A DNA stretch of 64,000 nt from Trichoplax sp. H2 (Eukaryota), in contig NOWV01000003.1 of assembly GCA_003344405.1 (NCBI GenBank), positions 1,116,001-1,180,000 of the forward strand. Reading direction: 5' to 3'. Shown piece by piece: positions 41,701-53,074 of the stretch (positions within the stretch are counted from its first letter, which is position 1; each line of letters begins with the position of its first letter). A program made the translations under genes and the position numbers. The notes below the pieces were generated by a model. The model saw nothing but the letters and a program-made list of their open reading frames with translations. It did not search any database and was not told the origin of the DNA.

Positions 41701-44314
41701 TGAAGAAGTTGAGCAAGCTACGAAACATTTTCAGGAGCAGAATATCATGATTTGTAAACTGGATGGTGAATGTTGTAACATTATGATCTTATATAGAAGA
41801 TGTCTAGTATAGTAATATCCTAATATACGAATACTTATCATATACCATTTAAGTACTGTATTGCATTACATTCATAATGTACGGCATCATGGCGACATAT
41901 AGACGACATGCTATACATATAAAGACATTATCTCAATCTCATCTAAAGCCTATAAATACCCTTGTAAGCTAACTCGTTAGTTAGTTCCTACGTTCCTGCT
42001 ATCTCAAATACCTTATCTATAACAACCATATCATTGTTAGCCTATAACTTGTATCTCAATAAAATCCTTTATACCTTCTATCATCGTCTACCTTAAAATA
42101 CTTTACGCTACTTAAAGAAGATATTATTACAAATGTTAACACCTAAGTACAGCCTACTATGTATAAAATTAAATTAATAGCAGCAAATATTGCATTAGCC
42201 TCAATTAAAGACCTTACATAGAGTGAAAGGTTGGAAACGTGATAATCATAACGACTAATTATATATAATCATTAATTAGAATACACCTGTAATATCAGAT
42301 TCATATACAGTATATGTGTTACGGCTATTCTTTAGATTCTGTCAAAATCTTATTATCTAAGCAACAACTGGACAAAGGACATTAGCACTAAGGCTGGCCG
42401 TTTATCAATGTGCAATCTTATTATACACATTGTATAGCTTTTAAATCATCATCATACTTAAAAATTTACAAAAATTTCTGTAAGTAGATGTTACAGTTAC
42501 CATCTTCAGACTCTTACTCTTTGAAGCTACGGTACTATTTCATTTGTTACATTTATGTATCTCCTGAACTATATATATGCAATATATATAATTTGAGTGA
42601 AGATGAAAATAATTCTGAAATTAATATCTATCTGCCTAATGTGTCTATGCTATATATCTATATAATTTTTGAATGGTTTTATAACTTTCAAAATAGCTTT
42701 ACCTTTAAATCAACAGTAGTAATTGTGCAGTAATGTAAGGTTAGATTTGTAAGTTTGGGTTAAAACAGCTTAATCACCTAACTTTTATAGTTTACTGTGA
42801 ATTTAGCGTACTATGTTAATTTGTAATCACGTACAAAAGCTAGAAAAGTATTTGTAGGGGTTTATTAATGGTTAATAAACATTCCTATGATTTTAGGGAA
42901 GTGCTTGTATCGTACAGTACCACATTTTATGAAATTAATCAATTGATCTATCCGAACTCGTTCAAAAGATGGTTTTATAAGATTGGATACGGCAAATTCA
43001 GTTTTACGATTCATTAATATAAGAAAATGCATACAGCGGATAACAATTAAGAAGGAATTTAAATATTTGATAGAGCAATTAATATTTTTTTCTATTGTTT
43101 TCTGGCCGCTTATTCCATATCATACAGTTCAATCATTTTGATTACAAAGTACTAAACATTTATCTAGTCAATATGGTATAATATCAGGAATGGCTTATCT
43201 TCATTGATTAAATTACTAGATAGTGTAGAGATATCTAATTACAGCAGCTATCCTACGGTCCGATTCGAATTTGCAGCAACTGAGCAGCCTTATTAATAGT
43301 AACCTAAATTAAGTATTGCTAAAAAAGGTGTACACTCACAGTAATATACGGTATACAGCATACTATAAAGTGAGGGCCTTAGTATACAGTACAGTGTAGG
43401 CATAAGTCTTAAAATGTGCACTAGTAAGTTAAAATATTCATATAATGTTAGCGTTGTATTATCAACAAATACTTTTCCATAGATTATTTTCAAGATATGG
43501 GTGATTTTCTAGTCATACGTGTGACGCCACAAGGTAAAAACCCTTACAGGAGGCTATAAAAATATCATAAATTACATTTATACTATTCTTGAGTGTTGAG
43601 ATTTTATCCACCGTCTACTGATTGGCATAGAGATCAAACAATGAAATAAGACGGCAAGAAATCAGGGCTTAGACCTAAAGTAATCGCAATTTATACCTTG
43701 AATACTGCTACATAAATAACTGCCAGGCTTATAAAGAGCTCATGTCATTAGATAACTTGACCACTATGATATAAACTGAAATATATCATCGTAAAATCAT
43801 AGTTCAATTAAGTTAATTTACTAGAGGTATATACAACTACTATACCAGAGGACTGCATGCAAGTATACTGATAATAGAATATATTCGTAGTGCACGGTTA
43901 AATCAGGCACTATTATAGTTATCTTGATGTATTTCTGTTATAAATATTAAGAAATTGTGTATAATATTTCCGGAAACGACAGAAGATTTGTTGAAAATCA
44001 CTGTAGTTGAAATCGTCATGAGCTGGTTATGATGCATAATCATCAATTTGACTAGGAGAACGCCAATGTGCTGTGCTTTCGTATTTTACGTAAAAATCTG
44101 AAATATTAAAATACTATACTTGTACGTACCTCAAGAATAAAACTGTACCATGTTTTTTCAAGTCTGGAGCTACTAAAGCCCAAGTTTCCCTTATCGTTTG
44201 CAAATCCTGAGCAGTAGGAGCCATTTTAGTGTTAGTTTGATCCTGATTTTGTAGTGGTTGTGGCTTATTCACATCGTTCGTAACTGTTGTTTGCTTAGAT
44301 GATGAGCACCCCAT
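38784..44314 (-). CDS. Globin with an N-terminal MGC acylation motif (globin X/neuroglobin-related), 3 exons, 184 aa
   Basis: Exons 44314-44130, 41172-40947 and 38927-38784 give MGCSSSK..IRETWALV..HGTVLFLR/LFEQHPDVQRLF..FVFHTTRVM (His E7)..LGSSHAQYNV (His F8)KKEYFK/PVGDALL..FTPEIKTSWARLY..SQ*. Introns are at the classic B12.2 and G7.0 positions. Confidence 0.94.
39176..39665 (+). mobile_element. Solo LTR (490 bp) in globin intron 2
   Basis: Begins TGTAG and ends TCACA. Flanked by 5-bp TSD AGACT (39171-39175 and 39666-39670). Internal tttaaatag and aataaa signals. Confidence 0.7.
39672..39691. other. Assembly gap with redundant (probably haplotype) flanks
   Basis: Run of 20 N. About 38992-39179 and 39470-39671 recur at about 39692-40081 with a few SNPs. 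Confidence 0.9.
39876..40075 (+). mobile_element. Internally deleted (200 bp) copy of the 39176-39665 solo LTR
   Basis: Same AGACT TSDs and same termini. About 290 bp are missing after the first TGTA. Confidence 0.7.
41774..42131 (+). mobile_element. Solo LTR (358 bp) in globin intron 1
   Basis: TGTAA...TTACA termini, 5-bp TSD AATGT (41769-41773 and 42132-42136), TATA box ctataaata at about 41950, and aataaa at 42058. Confidence 0.75.
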
Positions 44315-46518
44315 TATCTTAATTGACAGATATGAGAAACAATATTATAATTAATTATAATTAGAGTAATCATAAATAATAATAATAATAATAAAGGAAG
44401 AGAAGTGGGATAGGGGCGGAGAATGAATATAAATGGTGATGATACATTTTGTGCCTTTAAATTACTAGACTCTAGTATAGCATCAATGATTTGATTCACT
44501 TTTTTGTGTTATCTTACGGAGCTAATAGCTCCTACGAAGCAATTAACGCTTCATATTAATTTAACTTTATTAATTACTAATGTTGTTTGCCTCACAAGCA
44601 GGCAAACAAACACAATCAATATATTTTGTTAATTAATATATAGTATAGCATCGGGTGCTATGATAGTGTAGTATGAGCATACTACTGTATGGCTCACTAT
44701 AGCGCTTGGGCGCTATTCGTATGTATGCACATACACTAGCGATGACCGAGCGAGAGTATATCAGTAGCTGCAGTTGCTGTTTAGTTGACTGTACTCGGTG
44801 CTGAGCTAGTCTTAGATGTCAAAACCTAACTTTCAATAAAAACAATTTAAAACTACTCCTGTTGTAGAAATTGCCTAATCTGTTGCAGACTAGCTATACT
44901 GTGCGGTAGTATCGATCTAAACTTTTAAGTTTAGTAACTTACAGTTAATTACAGGGTGATTGTGACATCGATAAAGCGCTAGCTTTGTAAAATATAGATA
45001 TACATCTTTAACGGAGCGTATGCGTATAATAAATCTATGCCTGAACTTTCTTCAAAATTTTAATACTAGCCATAACGTCAAAATATTCAATTTGAAATGC
45101 TAATTTCAAAATACTATGCTTGATTGTGGTATGTTTTGAAAGGAGATCATAGGTTAATACAGTAAAGTTTGTTGATTCCTGGAATGACCAAACAGAGGTT
45201 CTCTATTAAATACGCGTGTGCGAACCCGCTCCAGTACTATTTTAAAATATCAAGTTGGGTAATGTAGGTCCTAACAAGCTTCACTGGTGCAATAAATGTA
45301 GACACTTATTATGATAGATACAAGTGATAACTCATTAAGATCGATAGATAGGAAAATTTATATAGATATCATTTATAACATACTCGTATGATGAACTGTG
45401 GTGCCAATCATGCAGTAGTTCATATAGGTAAACGACACTGTTGTCATTAGCGTTATTCTCTAGAAAGCATGTTTCATAAATAATAATTTGAACTTGTTAT
45501 ATTGAGAGAGAAACACCGACTATTTAATGGTTCTATGATATACAATATAATCACACTGAAGATTTTAATTCTTGTATTTAAATTAAACTGATGTATTTAA
45601 GGAACGAACGTTATCTACTTAATGTAATCATATAATTAATATAAATTACCTATTAGAATAACTGGCATTTTGCAGAGCGTGATAACACATCTACCATATG
45701 TAGCTTTGACGATACAGCATACAAAGCACATGCATAGTTTTGTATAACTCCGTCAGCATAGTATAAGCCGTTAGATAATCTCAATTTCATCAGGTGCAAT
45801 AGTGTTAGGTAACGTTTTCTGGTGTCTAATAAAATTATTTAAAATAGCGCTGAAACAAAACCAGCTTACTACCATTACGGTTCCTTAACTATATTGATTT
45901 GAGTGATATATTAAAATGGATTTATTGAATGATAATTTATGGCAAACTTATCATGGTTAATAAAAGATGTAGTCATTCAGTAGCATATAGTTCTAATTGC
46001 AGTTTTATAGTATGGATGTATAAATAATTTTTGTACGATTTACACTTTTTTAATGATCATTTAATCTTGCTTACCTTGATAAAGAAAATTCGGTACGGAT
46101 AAAATGTACTGTGTAGGCTCTATATCGTATTGTATATAGTTGTCAACAAGTATACTTACCGTTTACGCAAAATAAATTTGGATCGATCTCAACTGTTACT
46201 AAGTAGATGCCAATAGTATCTGATTAATTGCGAACTCATTATTATTCGCTATGTAACAATAGAAACATCAATAAAATTGTTTATTGCATTAATTTAAATA
46301 TCACAATTCATCTGCGTTTTTTATTCTTACTTCTGTTATAATTATATTATTGATATTGGCTAATTGAAAGAGTACAGTATCAAAATAATAGTTTTTGTGA
46401 TATTTTCTTTAGTAATATTGAACGTTACGATTATCAATAAATGCCTACAGATATACGAATCAGTGATGCCAATGCATTATTATTTGCGTAACTATAGATA
46501 AGGGTAAATATTGATAAA

Positions 46519-46602
46519 ATAGTATTACCGGGTAAGCGTCCCCTTAAAATTTTTAGACTGTTTCTTCTAAAAGGGGTGGCGCTTACCCTGTACTTTACTG
46601 TA
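46519..46602. mobile_element. Short MITE-like inverted repeat
   Basis: Left arm tagtattaccgggtaagcgtcccc pairs imperfectly with right arm ggggtggcgcttaccctgtactttactg, around a short AT-rich spacer. Confidence 0.5.
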
Positions 46603-48158
46603 TATACAGTATACTGCAGTTCGCTTTTAATATCAGTAGAATTGATTATGTTTAATTACAATGTTTTGACGCAAATGTGTAAATAAATTATTGATTACGA
46701 CATAATATTTATGGTAATGGTGTTAGCTGTGCATGGAGACAGTTTTATCTAGATATTTTTAAAAGAAGTTTACGAGGTATAAGGAAGTTACGATGCCTTA
46801 AATATGGAATGACGCCAATGCGTCCTTAAATTTCTAGATTGCTATTTTAAAAGATTTCTGCTTATAAATAGCGATAGGGTCATACATTTAATTAATTGTA
46901 GATAGATGGTAGAGTTTGAATGAGGAGATTGAATATCAAAAGTATGATTTGTGCGTACAGTCTTCATACTTACAGCCTAACCTAACTTACCATAATCATA
47001 CAAAAACTTTTAACTATGCCCAAACAGTTTGTCGTACAACTAATACAGATACGCTCCGTATATTTCTATAGGTACTACAAAATATTTCTACCTTATCCTA
47101 CTTTAATACGAAGGTATAATGTGTCTCTTTCGCCTTTATGGCATACACAATATAATTTACGAATCCCTAATGGAGATAAAACACATATACGCGCATATCC
47201 TACAGACTTCCGCGGAGGAGATGGTGACAGTACTTCAACCTTTTCATATAAACGTTCATTAATTAACTACTTAAAATACGCATAGCAATATACGCGTCGC
47301 ATAGCTTTACAAGAGGACGATATTTCAGGCTCTAAGGATAAACTCGATTAGCGGGCTAGCTGATGCGCATATTGTTATATCCTATATTTACTACCGACCA
47401 CATATTATTTATATTTTATACTTAATTCGATTATCATCGAAGCTCGAATGACATTAGTAAATCTCCAAAATTTCATTATATGCCCGATTCTCTATTTGCA
47501 TTAAATCATAATTAAATTTTTACATGACTTTCAATTACATAAAACAACGTTATAATAGCAAAGATTAATTGTTTAACTGTAAATACTGTACCACACAGCC
47601 ATTATTATCATATATATTAATTAGATCATACTATTATAGCACTACAGTATCATATTCTGCTCACGGTCAGTATCTGGACTCTTTTCGTATAATTTGTACG
47701 TGTACATTCGATATGTAATAAGATAACATCCAATAAAGCTAACTTAGCATTACCCACGAATAAAATTAAGTGCCCGCGTGTCGTACAATATAGCTCTAGA
47801 TGATACGCGTATGTACGATACGTTAAGTATCAAGAAGAGAAGCTGTTAAATTTTAATACCGTTCAAATTTTGTCTCGACTTCCGGTAAAGAATAGTCAAC
47901 CATCTAGAAATAAATTTGATACACAAAAAGAGCATTAGTCATGATGACTGTTATCCAACATCGCAACGGCAATAACTTTATCAATAGTACCTTCCTCTCA
48001 TTAAAGTGATTGTACGTGTACAATGTAAGCGTATATTTGCTAATGTCGATTTACAATTTGATTTATAATAAAAGTAGATCAAATCATAACCTAAGTCAAC
48101 AAAAGCTTGTTTATTAGGCTAATATTTTTACATCGAGTTCAAAGTAAGGCTTCAATAG

Positions 48159-48342
48159 CATCTTTGCTATAGGGTTCCTATAGGGTTCCTATATCTTTAC
48201 TATAGCATTAGCATACATTTACTGTAAGATTATTACTGTATGTCTTTACTATAGGAATACTATGCCCTAGCTATAGGGTGATTACTTGTATGCCTTTCGC
48301 GTAGAATTATTTTAGGACATCTTTAGCGTAAGATTACCACGT
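48159..48342. repeat. Degenerate minisatellite (catctttactatag-like units) with a ctatagggttc duplication
   Basis: Recurring (c/t)atcttt(a/g)ctatag-type units roughly every 22-35 bp. Confidence 0.6.
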
Positions 48343-48454
48343 CTAGAATTGAGCAACCGCTTAATCACGGCCAAACGGAGAGTGAAGCTACTTCAAAATT
48401 TGGGCGATAATGCTTAGCTAGGTGGGTTGTATATATATATATAACTGTCATATA

Positions 48455-48534
48455 TCTAGATATTTTTCTGCCGAGTAATAAATTCATACGTTTTGTGCAG
48501 AAATGCCCGGCTAAGCAGGGCTTACACTGGCTAG
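48455..48534 (+). mobile_element. Candidate mini non-autonomous Helitron
   Basis: A|TC start, GC-rich hairpin gcccggctaagcagggc (48505-48521), 9-nt spacer, then a CTAG|T end. Confidence 0.4.
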
Positions 48535-48878
48535 TAAGTCGAATAAAAGTGTTCTATGGTTGGAGCAGCAGATTATACTGCATGAGGCCGAATGTCCGAG
48601 CGTCCGAGTAGAGTTTCTTGTCCACTCCTTGCTGTCTGTATGAAGCTTGTTCCGTAAAACCTCTCAGTATTTGAGTATACAATAGTGTACATCCAGTATA
48701 CCGATGTACAGTACGTACAGACGGTACGGTATCACACTGAACGCTAAACTCAGAATCTTCTCACCCGAGGTAAAACCCACTTTTAATAAGGTCTTTTTAC
48801 TTTACTTTGACATACCTCAACAAGTGCAATCATCTAACTGATAGTAACTTTGAATTTTTTATACGACGTTGGCCAGAA

Positions 48879-50334
48879 ATGATGTTATCATCTACCATAA
48901 AATTAAAAAATGGAGCCTACATGCCATTGATTGGCCTAGGTACTTGGAAGTCTAGTCAGAATAAAACTGCTAATGCTGTCAAAACTGCTATTGATGTAGG
49001 TTACAAGCACTTCGACTGCGCTCCTGTATATGGTAACGAAGTGGAAATTGGCAACGCTTTGAAGGAAAAAATGAACCTTGGTGTTGTTGATAGGCAGGAC
49101 TTATTTATAACAAGTAAATTATGGAATACTATGCATGCTAAATCTGATGTAAGACCAGCTGTAGAAAAAACCTTATCGGATTTACAATTGGACTATCTGG
49201 ATTTATACTTGATCCACTTTCCTTCGGCTTTTCGCAAGCCTGAGTCCGGTGTTACTGTACCACGTAATGATGATGGTAGCGTGCAGTATGCAGATATCCA
49301 TTACCTTGAGACTTGGCAAGGTATGGAAGAATTAGTTCGAGCTGGACTAGTAAAAGCTATTGGCGTATCTAATTTCAATAGTAAGCAGTTAAGCGATATT
49401 TTAGATAATTGCACTATTGCACCTGTTGTCAATCAAGTCGAATCCCATGTTTATCATAACCAACAAAAGTTATTGGAATATTGCCAGCAGAGAGATATTA
49501 TGATGACAGCTTACGCGCCTCTTGGGTCTAGTGATAGACCATGGGCCAAGCCTAATGAAGTAGGCGTCTTAGATGATCCCATTGTGAAAGAATTAGCTAA
49601 TAAATATAAGAAATCACCAGCACAAATTTTACTCAAATACCAAGCACAACGCGGGGTAGTTGCAATACCTAAAAGTGTAACCCCTTCTAGAATAACGGAT
49701 AATTTGCAGGTATTTATCGCCTATCCTACTTTTGAATCCTACAGTCCTATTGATTAGAACTATTTATTGTTAATTGCAATGATAATGTAATAGTGGACTA
49801 TGCGTTGCATAAATTTTAATTCTTAGCTTTATGAGTACGGTTATGTCGGTTTATGCTATATTTGAATATGTGGGCTATCAGTTCTGTCGCGTTAGTATTA
49901 CAAATCTGCTATGCTTAGTTGAAAGGACCTTAATTTTTATAATCTAATGCCCAAACTGTTTGCTTATTTCCTACTAACGTTGGCATATTGCGTTTTACGT
50001 TTCAGATATTCGATTTTCAACTACAATCACAAGATTTTGAGAATTTAAATAAATTAAGTAAGGATGAAAATAAAGGCAGACTTTGTTGGTGTAGTTGGAC
50101 TCTTCCACTGATCGAGGTATATCTTAAGTACAGTAATGCACAAGTTAGTTAATTATAATAACCCTTTTTGTCTTAGACAAAAATTTTTTCATGTAAAATG
50201 ATGAAGTCCCTACTACATTTTAGAATAATATGTACTTATGCACGTATTTAACATGCTTTTTACAGGTTGATGGAAAATTAATGTCCAAAGGTTCTAAAGA
50301 TTGTCCTTTATATCCATTTCATGAGCCTTTTTAA
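48879..50334 (+). CDS. AKR1A1: Aldo-keto reductase family 1 (AKR1A1-like aldehyde reductase), 3 exons
   Basis: Exons 48879-49709, 50006-50116 and 50266-50334. Motifs GLGTWKS, catalytic tetrad FDCA/VYGNE/TSKLW/LIHFP, IGVSNFN and IPKS. The C-terminus VDGK..PLYPFHEPF* resembles AKR1A. Confidence 0.88.
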
Positions 50335-51113
50335 TTAATTGTATAACCTTCTGGAAGGGGGGAATCGTTTGGATACCCCCATTAAGTACCGTTTAGCATC
50401 GTCGTAACCTGTGTTTATAGTACTTTGTACCAAAGCATGTTAACGAGCTTGTAAATGTTCCTGAAGCAAAGAGAAAATCATCTACCCATACGTATAAAAT
50501 CCCGGATGATTATATATTTGATGTATCAACTATTGTCAGTGCTGAATTATCAGTTCATGTTGAGAATTATAGTAATTGCAATGGTCTTTTGGTGACATTG
50601 TGAAATTGTTTTCGTAAAACGGAATTCATACTGTCTTATTAGATAGCACACTTTATAAACTCTCAAATTAGATACACCCTGCTTTGGTAAATATGAAATA
50701 TACTTCAGCATTTTAATTCTCTTAATTGCCCTTTTGGTGTAGGTGATTTAGAAATTTTGATTCTCGTAAACATGCAACTTTTTTATTAGAACTACTTTTA
50801 TATGCAGACACGTATAAATGCATATAATGATGTTGTCGTTTTTAGCTTTCTCATAGCAAATTTTAATTACATAATCTAATTGTTTATGTCCTTATTTGCT
50901 TGGCAATATACCGTAAAGGTGTATTTTATATGATGCCTCCATGAGTAGTACGTTATAATGCACCATAGACTATCCTAGATCATGAATAAAATTTGCCATT
51001 GACTTCAGAATTTTATAAGTTAGTATAGTCTGTAATGGTACGAATTTTGCTCTTTAGAATTTAAAACAGATATTTGATCTATTTTGATTTAGCCTTACCG
51101 GTATACCACGTAT

Positions 51114-51133
51114 NNNNNNNNNNNNNNNNNNNN
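51114..51133. other. Assembly gap with redundant (probably haplotype) flanks
   Basis: Run of 20 N. 50874-51113 is repeated as 51134-51167 plus about 51761-51966. Confidence 0.9.
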
Positions 51134-51167
51134 ATCTAATTGTTTATGTCCTTATTTGCTTGGCAAT

Positions 51168-51755
51168 TGTCACGGTACGCCGTTACTAATTAAGTAACTG
51201 TAAATTAATGAATGCTTATGAATAGATAAGATAAGGTTATGTGCTATGTTTTAATGCGCTTGTAGCTGATAATAGGATGGTAGAAATGAGATAAAAATAG
51301 AAGTTGTTAGCAGTTAATTTACTGTAGGTTTATAAGGTATGTTAATCTCTAAAAATTGAGCTGTATATGGATGAAGGTTAAGCGTCTTAACACCTGATAG
51401 CTTGTAGCTATCTAAGTCTGAGAATATCGACATGTATATTTAGTAATGGCATTATACTAATTAATGTAACTTGTAAAGCATGAATTCTCACTCGTTAATA
51501 TTGGAATTCACTGTAGAAACCTATTTAAGCGCGTGTGTTTGTAGAATAAAGAAAGTAATTGCTCAAGAAACGGCAAGACCCATATCGTGAAGAACAGTGT
51601 AATAATTAGTCAGTTGTCTGCGGAGATCAGCCGAGAAATCGAGTTCTTAAATACTTCTCTCATAGAAACTGAAAGTACTGGGAGAAATAGCCCAAGTTTT
51701 AAGTAAATACACTAGAGTTCTTTACTTTCCTTTGCCACAAGTGAGGGTTGTGACA
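51168..51755 (+). mobile_element. Solo LTR (588 bp) with the empty site visible
   Basis: TGTCAC...GTGACA termini, 5-bp TSD GCAAT (51163-51167 and 51756-51760), ctatttaag at about 51521, and aataaa at about 51545. The uninterrupted site tggcaatataccg is at about 50901-50913. Confidence 0.88.
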
Positions 51756-53074
51756 GCAATATACCGTAAAGGTGTAGTTTATATGGTGCCTCCATGAGTA
51801 GTACGTTATAATGCACCATAGACTATCCTAGATCATGAATAAAATTTGCCATTGACTTCAGAATTTTATAAGTTAGTATAGTCTGTAATGGTACGAATTT
51901 TGCTCTTTAGAATTTAAAACAGATATTTGATCTATTTTGATTTAGCCTTACCGGTATACCACGTATAATTTTATCTCTATGGAGTACACAATAAAATTCA
52001 TGACAGCCCAAATAATAAAATGTGGGATGTCTGTAATTGTAGGTAATGTCTCGAAATGGTTAAATAAGAATCAGTAATTAACTCTGTAATTACCGGTAGT
52101 CACTCAATGATCCAGCTTTAAAATCTGAAAATTACACGCTTAAGTCCTAAGACGAATTATCTAAAGCCTGCAATAGAATATTCGAGATATGGGACCGTTC
52201 ATCTTTTGCACAGCTTCGTTGTTGTGATGGTTTTGTATGAAATATACTAGAGCTTCACGCTATCATACGTTAGATTTTTCAATTTAGTCTGTTATTTTTG
52301 GTGCAGGTGTTCACATCGTAACGGCACTCCTAATTAGTGATTTATTCTAGAATATTTTTATCATTATTATGTGGGCTTTAAATAAGTAAACATGCAATAA
52401 TTACTAGTTTAGGCTTCTTTAACGTCGCTAAATGGCCCCTAAAACTACATTACACTAAATTTAAGAGGCTAATAATACCCGAAAAAAGTAACAATTACTC
52501 TCTTGTAACCTAGCTTTGTCGTTTTTATTTGCATTATGCATAATTATTACAATATGTTGGTAATATATGGAAGTTCGAAGAAGCTTTTCTTGAAATATTG
52601 TATCTAACAAAAGTTATACATACTTGTACATACTACTAGTACATTAGAGCTTTATCAAATCGTAACGATTGCGATGTATGAGATTTTAATTATATTATAG
52701 TTTTATGGCTTAGTATGCTTAAATTATATAAAATTTACTTAAATGGTGCCGGTAATTGATAATTATAATTAAAAATTGGCACATTTAAATTATTAATTGG
52801 ATCAAAATATAATTCCTTCGTTCATAGTTCTTTATAAAGCTGTGCAGAATTAGCCTAAATATTTATTTACATCATTGATGAGTCACAGAGTAAAGTTGAT
52901 CCTTTTGACAACTTAGAAAATATCTCCCTCAATGCAATTACAAGTACGATAAAAATTTTATATTGTACAAGACGCTAAGTGTTACTTAATGCAGTAAAAA
53001 TTTTTTGATTGCTTTAGTATGATTTGATTGAAGGATATATATCACTTATGACAGATTAAGAGAAGCTTGTACGG

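Noticed and set aside
47016..47285. 89-aa ORF, and similar short ORFs at 42488, 43293 and 59175
   Set aside because: No recognisable motifs or partner exons, and composition matches AT-rich non-coding DNA.
48807..48878. N-terminal extension of AKR given by the ORF track
   Set aside because: It begins at a TTG in what looks like leader or intron sequence. AKR similarity starts at the ATG at 48879.
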